The notes below the pieces were generated by a model that saw only the letters and a list, made by a program, of their open reading frames with translations, did not search any database and was not told the DNA's origin. This document shows positions 48,821-57,475 of a DNA stretch of 64,000 nucleotides, piece after piece. Made by a program: the position numbers and the translations under genes. The stretch's first letter is position 1, and the number at the start of each line of letters is the position of its first letter. Source of the stretch: an uncultured Chloroflexia bacterium (GTDB taxonomy: Bacteria > Chloroflexota > Limnocylindria > QHBO01). The stretch spans positions 1,184,001 through 1,248,000 of the forward strand of contig CAWGTN010000002.1 of the NCBI GenBank assembly GCA_963825525.1, read 5' to 3'.

Positions 48821-49037
48821 CCGCGCCATTCTACGCAGCCGTCTTCAAGCGACCGGCCAAGGTTCAGGTTTCTTAAGACGCGGCAAGCCCGCGGTTTAGA
48901 TCGGCCTCTTAGTGTTCACGGTGCGAGATGGAGATCCCCGTGGTTTCCGCCTCCACCCTCCCTCCTTCGAGCCCCGGTGTCATTGGGCGGGCACCGGGGC
49001 TCGTGCTATCTCCCGATCGGCTACCATCGGTGAACCG

Positions 49038-49679
49038 ATGGAGATCACCTGGTACGGGCGTGCCTGCTTCCGACTCAAGGGAAGAGAGGCCACCGTCATC
49101 ACCGACCCCTGCCCGCCGTCGACCGGCTTTGTCGCCGGGAAGCACGACGTGGAGCTGTTGACGATCAGCCACGATCACCCCGATCACAACTACACGCGCT
49201 CGATCAAGGCCGGCCTGACCCTCACCCGTCCGGGCGAGTACGAGTTCAGCGACCTCCTCGTGACGGGAATCCGGACGTTCCACGACGGCGAGGCCGGCTC
49301 GGTCCGTGGCGAGAACATGATCTTTGCCGTCGAGATCGACGGCGTCCACGTCTGCCACCTGGGCGACCTCGGACATCTGCTCACCGACGAGCAGGTCAGT
49401 GAGCTCGGGCCGGTGGATGTCCTCCTGGTTCCAGTCGGCGGCGAAACGACGCTCACCCCATCAGAGGCGGCGGAGGTCGTGTCCCAGATCGGACCCAAGA
49501 TCGTCATCCCCATGCACTTCGGCGTGGATGGCGCCTCGAAGGACCTCGGAGGCCCCGAGAAGTTCCTTCACGAGATGGCCACCGAGCCGATCCGGCAGCC
49601 CAAGGCGCAGTTCACCGTGAACTCGCTGCCTGACGAGACCCAGGTCGTCGTGCTGGAGGCTCGCGGCCGCACCGGCTGA
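49038..49679 (+). CDS. MBL-fold metallo-hydrolase (Lactamase_B_3 type)
   Basis: MEITWYG..CF, ISHDHPDHN, PGEYE, HLGDLGH, VPVGG, IPMHF. Confidence 0.88.
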   Translation: MEITWYGRACFRLKGREATVITDPCPPSTGFVAGKHDVELLTISHDHPDHNYTRSIKAGLTLTRPGEYEFSDLLVTGIRTFHDGEAGSVRGENMIFAVEIDGVHVCHLGDLGHLLTDEQVSELGPVDVLLVPVGGETTLTPSEAAEVVSQIGPKIVIPMHFGVDGASKDLGGPEKFLHEMATEPIRQPKAQFTVNSLPDETQVVVLEARGRTG

Positions 49680-49891
49680 GCTATTCACGCTGGCGGTCTC
49701 TGGTGCGTCCATGCACCGTGCGCCCTCCTGAGTTGATGCGATCTCGTGGCGTCCCCCGTACTTCCGCCGACGCCAGCGGTACTTCGGTACCGAACCTGCA
49801 ATAGCTCTCCCTCTGGCGCCGGAGGGAGGCGCCCCGCTCACCGTCGCGACTCCATGCGCAATCCGTCGCGACAGCAAGGAAGGATCAGCCG

Positions 49892-51607
49892 ATGTTCAAC
49901 GGCTCTACCGACACCATCGCCACGTCCACTGCCCGGACGCTGCTCGCGATCGTCGCCGTCATTTCGCTCGCGTTCTCGGTGGTTGCGATCGCCGGCCCGA
50001 CGCTCGCGAATGACCACGCTGGGACCGATGTCCAGCAATCCACACCCGCGTCGTCCGATGGCGACAGCTCGGCCAGCCCGAGCGCCAGCGAGTCCGCCAG
50101 CCCGAGCGCCAGCGAGTCCGCCAGCCCGAGCGCCAGCGAGTCCGCCAGCCCGAGCGCCAGCGAATCCGCCAGCCCGAGCGCCAGCGAATCCGCCAGCCCG
50201 AGCGCCGAGCGCGACGTGACCGTGATGGTCATGAAGCACAACTGCGCCAACGTCACCACCGAGGGTGAGTTCGAGGCCGTCGAGGCACGTGCCGCGACCA
50301 ATCCGACGACCCCCGACGCCGCCTTCGGCCCGACGGTCGAGACGGTCCTGGAGTGCCCGACCGTGGTGCTCGACGGTGACGTCCAGACGCCCGGCGCGGT
50401 GGCCGGTGGCACAAGTGCCTACGACTTCACCGTGGCCGACGGATCGTCCATCCAGACCCTGAGCACCGACGGCGACTTCAGCCAGGTCGGCGCGTGCGAG
50501 ACCGACGTCGCCTACGACGCCACTCGCAACGGCACCCTGGACGCCGACGTGTGCCTCGACCTGAGCCACTACGGGTTTGATGTCGAGGATGGCGCGGTGA
50601 CCATCACCGAGACCGAGGCGCCCGCTGGCTTCTCGTTCGGTGCACTGCGCTTCACCCCCGGCAGCGGCGACAGTGCCGCCCTCATCTCCGCCGAGGCTGG
50701 CGTCATCGTGCTCGACACGACCGCCGACAGCGACGGGATGATCATGCTCCACGTTTACAACTTCGCCGACGCGGCGGAGGAGAGTCCGAGCCCAACGGCT
50801 TCGGAGGAGCCCGATCGCGACGTGACCGTGATGGTCATGAAGCACAACTGCGCCAACGTCACCACCGAGGGTGAGTTCGAGGCCGTCGAGGCACGTGCCG
50901 CGACCAATCCGACGACCCCCGACGCCGCCTTCGGCCCGACGGTCGAGACGGTCCTGGAGTGCCCGACCGTGGTGCTCGACGGTGACGTCCAGACGCCCGG
51001 CGCGGTGGCCGGTGGCACAAGTGCCTACGACTTCACCGTGGCCGACGGATCGTCCATCCAGACCCTGAGCACCGACGGCGACTTCAGCCAGGTCGGCGCG
51101 TGCGAGACCGACGTCGCCTACGACGCCACTCGCAACGGCACCCTGGACGCCGACGTGTGCCTCGACCTGAGCCACTACGGGTTTGATGTCGAGGATGGCG
51201 CGGTGACCATCACCGAGACCGAGGCGCCCGCTGGCTTCTCGTTCGGTGCACTGCGCTTCACCCCCGGCAGCGGCGACAATGCCGCCCTCATCTCCGCCGA
51301 GGCTGGCGTCATCGTGCTCGACACGACCGCCGACACCGACGGGATGATCATGCTCCACGTCTACAACTTCGCCGACGCGGCGGAGGAGAGCGTGAGCCCC
51401 AGTGCAAGCGAGTCAGCTTCACCGTCGGAAAGCCCGCGCGAGAGCGAGCTCGGCGGCAATCCGACACCCGCCGCGGGCGGCAATCTGCCGGACACCGCGA
51501 CGGGAGGTCCGGCCTCACCGCTGGTCCCGATGCTTGCCCTGATTGCGCTGGCGTCGTTCGGGCTCGTCGCCCGACGGAGCCTCGCATCGGTGATGGCCCG
51601 CCGCTAG
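49892..51607 (+). CDS. Secreted surface protein A: SASPSASE repeats, duplicated Cys-containing domain, LPDTA + TM + basic tail
   Basis: AGGAAGG SD, signal peptide, two ~190-aa domain copies, C-terminal SPRESELGGNPTP..LPDTA...RR. Confidence 0.85.
   Translation: MFNGSTDTIATSTARTLLAIVAVISLAFSVVAIAGPTLANDHAGTDVQQSTPASSDGDSSASPSASESASPSASESASPSASESASPSASESASPSASESASPSAERDVTVMVMKHNCANVTTEGEFEAVEARAATNPTTPDAAFGPTVETVLECPTVVLDGDVQTPGAVAGGTSAYDFTVADGSSIQTLSTDGDFSQVGACETDVAYDATRNGTLDADVCLDLSHYGFDVEDGAVTITETEAPAGFSFGALRFTPGSGDSAALISAEAGVIVLDTTADSDGMIMLHVYNFADAAEESPSPTASEEPDRDVTVMVMKHNCANVTTEGEFEAVEARAATNPTTPDAAFGPTVETVLECPTVVLDGDVQTPGAVAGGTSAYDFTVADGSSIQTLSTDGDFSQVGACETDVAYDATRNGTLDADVCLDLSHYGFDVEDGAVTITETEAPAGFSFGALRFTPGSGDNAALISAEAGVIVLDTTADTDGMIMLHVYNFADAAEESVSPSASESASPSESPRESELGGNPTPAAGGNLPDTATGGPASPLVPMLALIALASFGLVARRSLASVMARR
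50072..50206 (+). repeat. 24-bp tandem repeat (GCCAGCCCGAGCGCCAGCGARTCC), 5 units plus a partial
   Basis: Read directly; encodes the ASPSASES linker. Confidence 0.9.
50210..51390 (+). repeat. Near-identical intragenic duplication (50210-50784 and 50816-51390, period 606 bp)
   Basis: Identical off-frame ORFs at 50265 and 50871; three substitutions found by eye, all near the 3' end. Confidence 0.9.
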
Positions 51608-51632
51608 CGGCTTCACCCGTACGGCAACAAGA

Positions 51633-51664
51633 GAAGGGCTCCCGGTTCCGACCGGGGGCCCTTC
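51633..51664. terminator. Hairpin between convergent genes
   Basis: GAAGGGCTCCCGG-TTCCGA-CCGGGGGCCCTTC. Confidence 0.7.
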
Positions 51665-51667
51665 CTG

Positions 51668-53548
51668 CTACTCCCCGACCGCGAAGATTCGGTACTCCTC
51701 GTTCTCGAACGCGATCGGGTAGCGAGACGCAAAGCCCTCGAGGTTCGCGCCGAGCTCACGCACCTCCCATGGCCCGATCTCGACGTAGTCGACCCCGTAC
51801 CGATCGATGAGCTCCTCGGCATTGGGCTCGAGCCGCATGATGCTGCGCAGATCGGCCTCCTGCCGGCTCGAGTCGAGCCCGATGCTGCGGAGCCACGGCG
51901 CGTAGCTGGCGATCACGCGTCGGCCCGCAAGCATCGGAATCGGATCGGAGTGCTCGAGGCCCGCGGCGAACACCGCCTGCGGGTCCGTCGCGGTCCGCGC
52001 CCACTCGGCCAGCTCGAGATCCACTGGCCGATTCATCTGGATCCGGTCGAAGCCGGCTGCCTGGCCGTAGTTCGTGAGAACGCCCGAGCCCACCATCGTT
52101 GCCACGGCGAGGACGATGAGGGAACGGCTGAGCAGATCGCGCTGGAGCCGCCAGATCGCGACCAGGGTGGCCGCGGAAAGGATTGCCAGCGCCAGAAAGA
52201 AGAAGAGCAAGACCTTGGAGTTGTCCCACTTGAAGACGGAGAGAATGAACGTGTTCGCCACAACGAAAATCGGCATGAAGGCGAACAGGAGCCGCCGCGA
52301 ATCAGCGGGTAGCACCGTTCGAGCCAGCAGGCCAACGGCACCGAGCGGCAGGAACAGCCCGAGATTCTTGACCCAGAACCACGGCCACGGGTCGTCTCCG
52401 GTCAGCCAGCCGGGATCCCAGCGCAATCCACTGCTCGAACGGGCTTCGCCCCCCTGGACGCCGAACAGAAACGCGCCGCCGATCACGATCCAGACAGCGA
52501 AGAACGCGAACCAACCGCGCCGGGGGAAGGCGAGAACCAGGAATGGAGTGATCAACGCCAGGGCTGCGAAGCTTCCGAGGTGCGCAAGGGGAAGGACCCC
52601 CGCCACCACGCCGGCGACGACGTAGGGTCGCCAGTCGTTCGAGCGCGTCGCGTCGAGAAGGATCGAGAGGATGAGCATGACCAGCGGAATGCCATACATC
52701 GCGGCCCGCTGGGACATGATCAACGCGAAGTAGGGATTGAACCACCAGAAGTTGGCGTCCTGCTGGGCCTGGTAGTCCCACGGATTCGCACCGAGGGCTG
52801 CGATCGGACCTCCCCCGGACGGGTCGAACAGCAGGAGCCACCCGAGGCTGCCACCCACAAGGAACAGCACGAGGCTCAGCACGGCAATCATCCGATCGCC
52901 GGTCAGGCGAAGCGCGAAGGCATAGATGGCCAGGACGAGAATGACGGAGTAGACGAAGCTCTGGAGGGGCAGGGCCGCCGTGGCGTCCATGCCGAGCACG
53001 ACCATCCCGGCGGCCGTCAGGGAGATCAGGTAGTGATACGCGAGTGGGGCGTCTGCGAGTCGGGGATGCGTCGGGGGGAAGTTGTCTCCGTAGGCGAATG
53101 CCGTGGTATCACCGAGGTGAACGCTCCAGTCGCCCCACACGTAGACGTGTCCGGCGATCAACCCGTCGTCGCCGATCGTGAGCATGCCGGACCACATGAG
53201 TGCAAGGCGGCCGACCATGAGGCCGATGACGACGAGCACCCAGGTGCCATGCCGCGCATGGACCCGCGCGGCCACCCGCCGAACTCTGGCGGACAAGCCG
53301 CCGATGGGGACGGATGGCGCATAGAGCGCTGATCCCACCAGGCAGAAGATGGTCACCGCGATGACCGCGGGGAGCAGCCCGATCGGCCCGGCAAGACCCA
53401 GGATGAGGACGGTCCCGAGGACGGTCCCGAGGACCGATCCGTACACCATGGTCTCGAGCGCCGACAGCTGCGGCACGGCCTGGCGCAGCAGCGCGATCCC
53501 CAGGGCGCACAAGGACGCCAGAAAACCGAGAGCCAGCAGCACGCTCAT
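51668..53548 (-). CDS. Polytopic membrane protein, GT-C glycosyltransferase-like
   Basis: More than 12 TM segments, external loop WGDWSVH...FPP.HP...LAYHY, WDNSK, C-terminal soluble domain ending IDRYGVDYV.IG..E. GT-C fold is inferred. Confidence 0.65.
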   Translation of the reverse strand: MSVLLALGFLASLCALGIALLRQAVPQLSALETMVYGSVLGTVLGTVLILGLAGPIGLLPAVIAVTIFCLVGSALYAPSVPIGGLSARVRRVAARVHARHGTWVLVVIGLMVGRLALMWSGMLTIGDDGLIAGHVYVWGDWSVHLGDTTAFAYGDNFPPTHPRLADAPLAYHYLISLTAAGMVVLGMDATAALPLQSFVYSVILVLAIYAFALRLTGDRMIAVLSLVLFLVGGSLGWLLLFDPSGGGPIAALGANPWDYQAQQDANFWWFNPYFALIMSQRAAMYGIPLVMLILSILLDATRSNDWRPYVVAGVVAGVLPLAHLGSFAALALITPFLVLAFPRRGWFAFFAVWIVIGGAFLFGVQGGEARSSSGLRWDPGWLTGDDPWPWFWVKNLGLFLPLGAVGLLARTVLPADSRRLLFAFMPIFVVANTFILSVFKWDNSKVLLFFFLALAILSAATLVAIWRLQRDLLSRSLIVLAVATMVGSGVLTNYGQAAGFDRIQMNRPVDLELAEWARTATDPQAVFAAGLEHSDPIPMLAGRRVIASYAPWLRSIGLDSSRQEADLRSIMRLEPNAEELIDRYGVDYVEIGPWEVRELGANLEGFASRYPIAFENEEYRIFAVGE

Positions 53549-53791
53549 GGTGCTCCTCGCGACCCCCCGTACCTCGGTACCGGGCCCGCATGTTGCCTCT
53601 CGGCACCGCATAAGGACCTCAGACCCATCGGAACCACTCCGGAGTGCACTTTTCTGCCCCGCGACCCCCTTACCAAAGTACCGGGCGCCGTCCTATACTC
53701 CCCTTTCCGACTGGTGGCCGGTTCTACCGGCGTTTGAGACTCAAGGGGAAGTCGGACGGAGCCCAGAGGGGCAAGGAAGGGAATCATCATC

Positions 53792-54887
53792 GTGGGTACC
53801 ATGTTCCACCGGTCGACGGGACGTACAGCGTTCGGCATTCTGGCCACACTCGGCCTGGTGTTTTCGCTGTTTGCGCTCGCGGCCCCCGTGTTCGCGGACG
53901 GGGACGACAGTCCCGCGGCCTGCGACACCGCCATCAACGTTGACGCCGAGGACGCCGGCCAGAGCGAGGACGAAGTCTCGTACGAGGCTGCCTCGGGCGA
54001 GATCGTCACCGGCCTCTGCATCAAGTCCGGCAATGATGCGTTCGGCCCGGACAATAAGCACAGCGACCTGATCACCGCTGACGGGACGGTCGGCTTCGGC
54101 TGCTACACCGTCACCGGCATTGGCACGGACAGCGTCAGTGTCACGAAGCTCGACAGTGACAACTGCCATGGCATCAGTCACATCGACGTCGTGACCGGCC
54201 CTGGCGAGTCACCTGAGGAGTCCGTCGAGGCTTCACCCGAGGAGAGCCCTGAGGCTTCCCCCGAGGAGTCGCCCGAAGTGAGCCCTGAGGAGTCCGTCGA
54301 GGCTTCACCCGAGGAGAGCCCTGAGGCTTCCCCCGAGGAGTCGCCCGAAGTGAGCCCTGAGGAGTCCGTCGAGGCTTCACCCGAGGAGAGCCCTGAGGCT
54401 TCCCCCGAGGAGTCGCCCGAAGTGAGCCCCGAGGAGTCCGTCGAGGCTTCACCCGAGGAGAGCCCGTGAGGAGTCCGTCGAGGCTTCACCCGAGGAGAGC
54501 CCGGAGGAGTCCGTCGAGGCTTCACCCGAGGAGTCCGTCGAGGCCTCACCCGAGGAGAGCCCGGAGGAGTCCGTCGAGGCTTCACCCGAGGAGAGCCCGG
54601 AGGAGTCCGTCGAGGCTTCACCTGAGGAGAGCCCGGAGGAGTCCGTCGAGGCTTCACCCGAGGAGAGCCCGGAGGAGTCCGTCGAGGCTTCACCCGAGCA
54701 GAGCCCGCGTGAGAGCGTTGCCGGTGGCAACCCGACCCCGACGCCTGGTGGCGGGACCGTTCCGGACACCGCGCTCGGCTCAGAGGGCATCCCCGCCTGG
54801 CCGCTGGCCCTGCTGACGATGCTTTCGTTCGGTGGCCTGATCTACCTCCGCCTCACCGCGGAGACCGAGCTGGAGCGCAACCGGTAG
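53792..54887 (+). CDS. Secreted surface protein B with SPEE repeats and VPDTA + TM tail; +1 frameshift at ~54466
   Basis: Signal peptide and a Cys-containing domain (LCIKSG...CHGISHID). After an extra base in GAGCCCGTGAGG the repeat continues to ...VPDTA...ELERNR-TAG (54887). Confidence 0.8.
54206..54706 (+). repeat. Coding tandem repeats (72-bp and 36-bp units) encoding SPEE/SVEA/SPEA
   Basis: GGAGAGCCCT recurs at 54241, 54313 and 54385 (72-bp period), followed by shorter units. Confidence 0.9.
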
Positions 54888-54996
54888 GTAGCGCGCCAAC
54901 AGACCTGGGGTGCTAGCGGGCCAGACCCGCCGATCACCAGCCCCCCTGGCAGGAACGGAGTAGAGGTTCGTCCTCTACTCCGTTTTCTGATATCTG
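54818..54996 (+). repeat. 179-bp direct repeat, copy 1 (3' CDS end, 3'UTR and terminator)
   Basis: Identical by eye to 56290-56468. Confidence 0.88.
54954..54988 (+). terminator. Intrinsic terminator
   Basis: AACGGAGTAGAGG-TTCGT-CCTCTACTCCGTT-TTCT. Confidence 0.88.
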
Positions 54997-55204
54997 AGCC
55001 AACACGGACCGTGGTACCAGGACCGTCGGTGCGTGGCGTCAACGACGATTTCATCACCTCACCACACCAGACCTCCGCGGTCTCATCTGGAGCCCACGGG
55101 GGAGGGGGTACCAATGGGGGATGACAGGTCCTAGTGTCCAATCCATGCCTCGCGATGATCGCGGGGAACAAGCGAGCCAGAGGGGCTTGGAAGGGGACAC
55201 ACTC

Positions 55205-56359
55205 GTGGAACACCTGTTCGTAAGATCGACGGCACGAACAGCGCTCGGCATCCTGGCCGCTCTCGGCCTGACCTTGTCGCTGTTCACCATGGTCGCACCG
55301 GTCATGGCCGGTGCGCCGGGCAACAACGGCACCGTGAAGGTTCACGACGGCGCCACCGATGAGGAGCCGATCGTCGCCAATGAACCGCACGTCTGCACAT
55401 TCCATCTCCACTTCTTCTTCGGCGATGACGTCCAGTCCGGCGACTGGTGGATTGAGTCCTGGCCGCCGACCGGCGACGGGACGGTCGTTCTCGACGGCAG
55501 CTATGACGCAACGGGCGGCGAGGATCGCCAGCCCGGCGACAGCGATGATCCGAACGTCTACAGCCTTGCCGATGGGCACTACAAGCTCTTTTGGGAAGGG
55601 GCCGTAAATCCCGGGGGCCAGCTTGAAATCAAGCACAAGGTCTTCTGGGTGGGATGCGCCCCCGAGGAGAGCCCCGAGGAGAGCCCTGAGGCTTCACCCG
55701 AGGAGAGCCCTGAGGCTTCACCCGGAGGAAGAGCCCTCGAGGCTTCACCCGAGGAGAGCCCGGAAGAGTCCGTCGAGGCTTCACCCGAAGTGAGCCCGGA
55801 AGAGTCCGTCGAGGCTTCACCCGAAGTGAGCCCGGAAGAGTCCGTCGAGGCTTCACCCGAGGAGTCACCGAACGACAAGATCGTGATTTGCCACGCAGCG
55901 GGCCTGGATGGCACCACGAAGTACGTCGAGCTTGAACTCCCCTACAACGCGGTGTACGGACAAGGCGGACACTTCAACGAGAATGGAACGACTCAGGCGG
56001 GACACGAGGACGATTACCTCGGTCCGTGCGAGCCCGAGGCTTCGCCCGAGGAGTCACCAGAGGAGTCACCAGAGGCTTCGCCCGAGGAGTCACCCGAGGA
56101 GTCACCAGAGGCTTCGCCCGAGGAGTCACCGGAGATGAGCCCCGAGGAGAGCCCTGAGGCTTCACCCGAGCAGAGCCCGCGTGAGAGCACTGCCGGTGGC
56201 AACCCGACCCCGACGCCCGGTGGCGGGACAATCCCCGACACGGCGTTTGGCTCCGAGAGCGTCCCGACGTGGCCGCTGGCCCTGCTGATGATGCTTTCGT
56301 TCGGTGGCCTGATCTACCTCCGCCTCACCGCGGAGACCGAGCTGGAGCGCAACCGGTAG
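55205..56359 (+). CDS. Secreted surface protein C with SPEE repeats, two small extracellular domains and IPDTA + TM tail
   Basis: GAAGGGG SD before GTG 55205; signal peptide paralogous to protein B; GNNGTVKVH..NEPHVC domain; KIVICH...GH...HEDDYLGPC domain. Confidence 0.82.
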   Translation: MEHLFVRSTARTALGILAALGLTLSLFTMVAPVMAGAPGNNGTVKVHDGATDEEPIVANEPHVCTFHLHFFFGDDVQSGDWWIESWPPTGDGTVVLDGSYDATGGEDRQPGDSDDPNVYSLADGHYKLFWEGAVNPGGQLEIKHKVFWVGCAPEESPEESPEASPEESPEASPGGRALEASPEESPEESVEASPEVSPEESVEASPEVSPEESVEASPEESPNDKIVICHAAGLDGTTKYVELELPYNAVYGQGGHFNENGTTQAGHEDDYLGPCEPEASPEESPEESPEASPEESPEESPEASPEESPEMSPEESPEASPEQSPRESTAGGNPTPTPGGGTIPDTAFGSESVPTWPLALLMMLSFGGLIYLRLTAETELERNR

Positions 56360-56468
56360 GTAGCGCGCCAACAGACCTGGGGTGCTAGCGGGCCAGACCC
56401 GCCGATCACCAGCCCCCCTGGCAGGAACGGAGTAGAGGTTCGTCCTCTACTCCGTTTTCTGATATCTG
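56290..56468 (+). repeat. 179-bp direct repeat, copy 2
   Basis: Identical by eye to 54818-54996 (offset 1472). Confidence 0.88.
56426..56460 (+). terminator. Intrinsic terminator (copy)
   Basis: Same hairpin and U-tract as 54954-54988. Confidence 0.88.
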
Positions 56469-56485
56469 GATGAACGGCACGGCGC

Positions 56486-57475
56486 TCACTCGGATGATGG
56501 GCTGCCCTTGGGAGTCGGGTGGGCGTTATCGTGTGGGGGATCCTGCGACGGCGCCGCGCCGCCGGAGTCTCCGCCCTGATTCTTGGATCCGCCCCGGTCG
56601 CTGTCGTTGCCGTTGCCACCCGAACCGCCCTGGTTGTTGCCGCTGGGATTCCCGGAACTGTTGTCACCCGGGCCGGTCCCACCTGCGCCACCTGCGCCAC
56701 CTGCGCCACCTGCGCCACCTGCGCCACCGGCGCCACCTGCGGAACTGTTGCCATCCAATCCCGGGCCGCCCCCCTGACCCGAGCCGTTGCCGCCCGAGCC
56801 GTTGGTTCCGGAGCCGGCCCCGCCGGGACTCGTCGTCGCCGGGGGTTCGCCGGCGCCGGGCCTGCTGGTCAGCTCGTCCCAGGACCGCCGGATCGCGGCC
56901 TGGGCCTGCGCGGGCAGCCGATTGATGAGCTCGTCCAGGACCTGGAGCTGATGCGCGACGCCGTCGCCGCCTTGTCCGGAATCGGCAAGGCGCTCGATCT
57001 CGCGTTTCACCACCGGTCCCATCGCCACGGCATCGTCCAGCCTGCCAGCGTCGACCAGGCGCGACATCTCCTCCAGTCGCTCCCCCACCACGATCGCCAC
57101 GAGCATGGGCTGCAGCTCCGCCGGAGCCACCGTGAAGCGCAGCTCCTCGACACGGAGCTTCACGCCGTAGAGAGCGTCGCCGGGCAACGCCTCCTGCGAG
57201 ACACCCAGAACAGCCGCCGCGCTCATCGCCAGCGCGACGCTGGCGAACAGTGACGCCCGACCGAGCCTCCCCATTCGGCTCTGCCGTCCGGACGAGAGTT
57301 CGCGGACGTCGTGTCGCTCGCGAGAAGCGACAAAGTGATTGATGGTGTGACTCCGCAACCGACGGCGGAAGAGCGGATCGGGAAGCAGCTCACCGCGAAG
57401 ACGTGCGAAGTGGCGCTCAAGCGCCGCATCGGTCTCGGGGGCGTCCGAGTCCACGAGACGTGAGCATCGGCTCAT
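56486..57475 (-). CDS. DUF5667 domain protein, putative anti-sigma factor, with Gly-rich tail
   Basis: PDP.FRRRLR, TM, ALPGDALYGVK, ERLEEM; GGA repeats (9-bp x7 at 56679-56741); ATGA overlap with the sigma gene. Confidence 0.78.
   Translation of the reverse strand: MSRCSRLVDSDAPETDAALERHFARLRGELLPDPLFRRRLRSHTINHFVASRERHDVRELSSGRQSRMGRLGRASLFASVALAMSAAAVLGVSQEALPGDALYGVKLRVEELRFTVAPAELQPMLVAIVVGERLEEMSRLVDAGRLDDAVAMGPVVKREIERLADSGQGGDGVAHQLQVLDELINRLPAQAQAAIRRSWDELTSRPGAGEPPATTSPGGAGSGTNGSGGNGSGQGGGPGLDGNSSAGGAGGAGGAGGAGGAGGAGGTGPGDNSSGNPSGNNQGGSGGNGNDSDRGGSKNQGGDSGGAAPSQDPPHDNAHPTPKGSPSSE

Noticed and set aside
48840-49030. Possible ncRNA or tRNA in the divergent intergenic region
   Set aside because: No cloverleaf, T-loop or convincing long stems; explained by two divergent promoters.
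54206-56180. Regularly recurring GAGGCTTCACCCGAGGAG repeats as a possible CRISPR array
   Set aside because: Units are in-frame multiples of 12 bp encoding SPEE/SVEA, with no unique spacers and no cas genes.
54818-56468. 179-bp direct repeats as ends of a mobile element
   Set aside because: No transposase or integrase; the repeat is simply the 3' end and terminator of two paralogous genes.
56679-56741. 9-bp tandem repeat (CCACCTGCG x7)
   Set aside because: Encodes a Gly-Gly-Ala low-complexity linker in the DUF5667 protein; ordinary.
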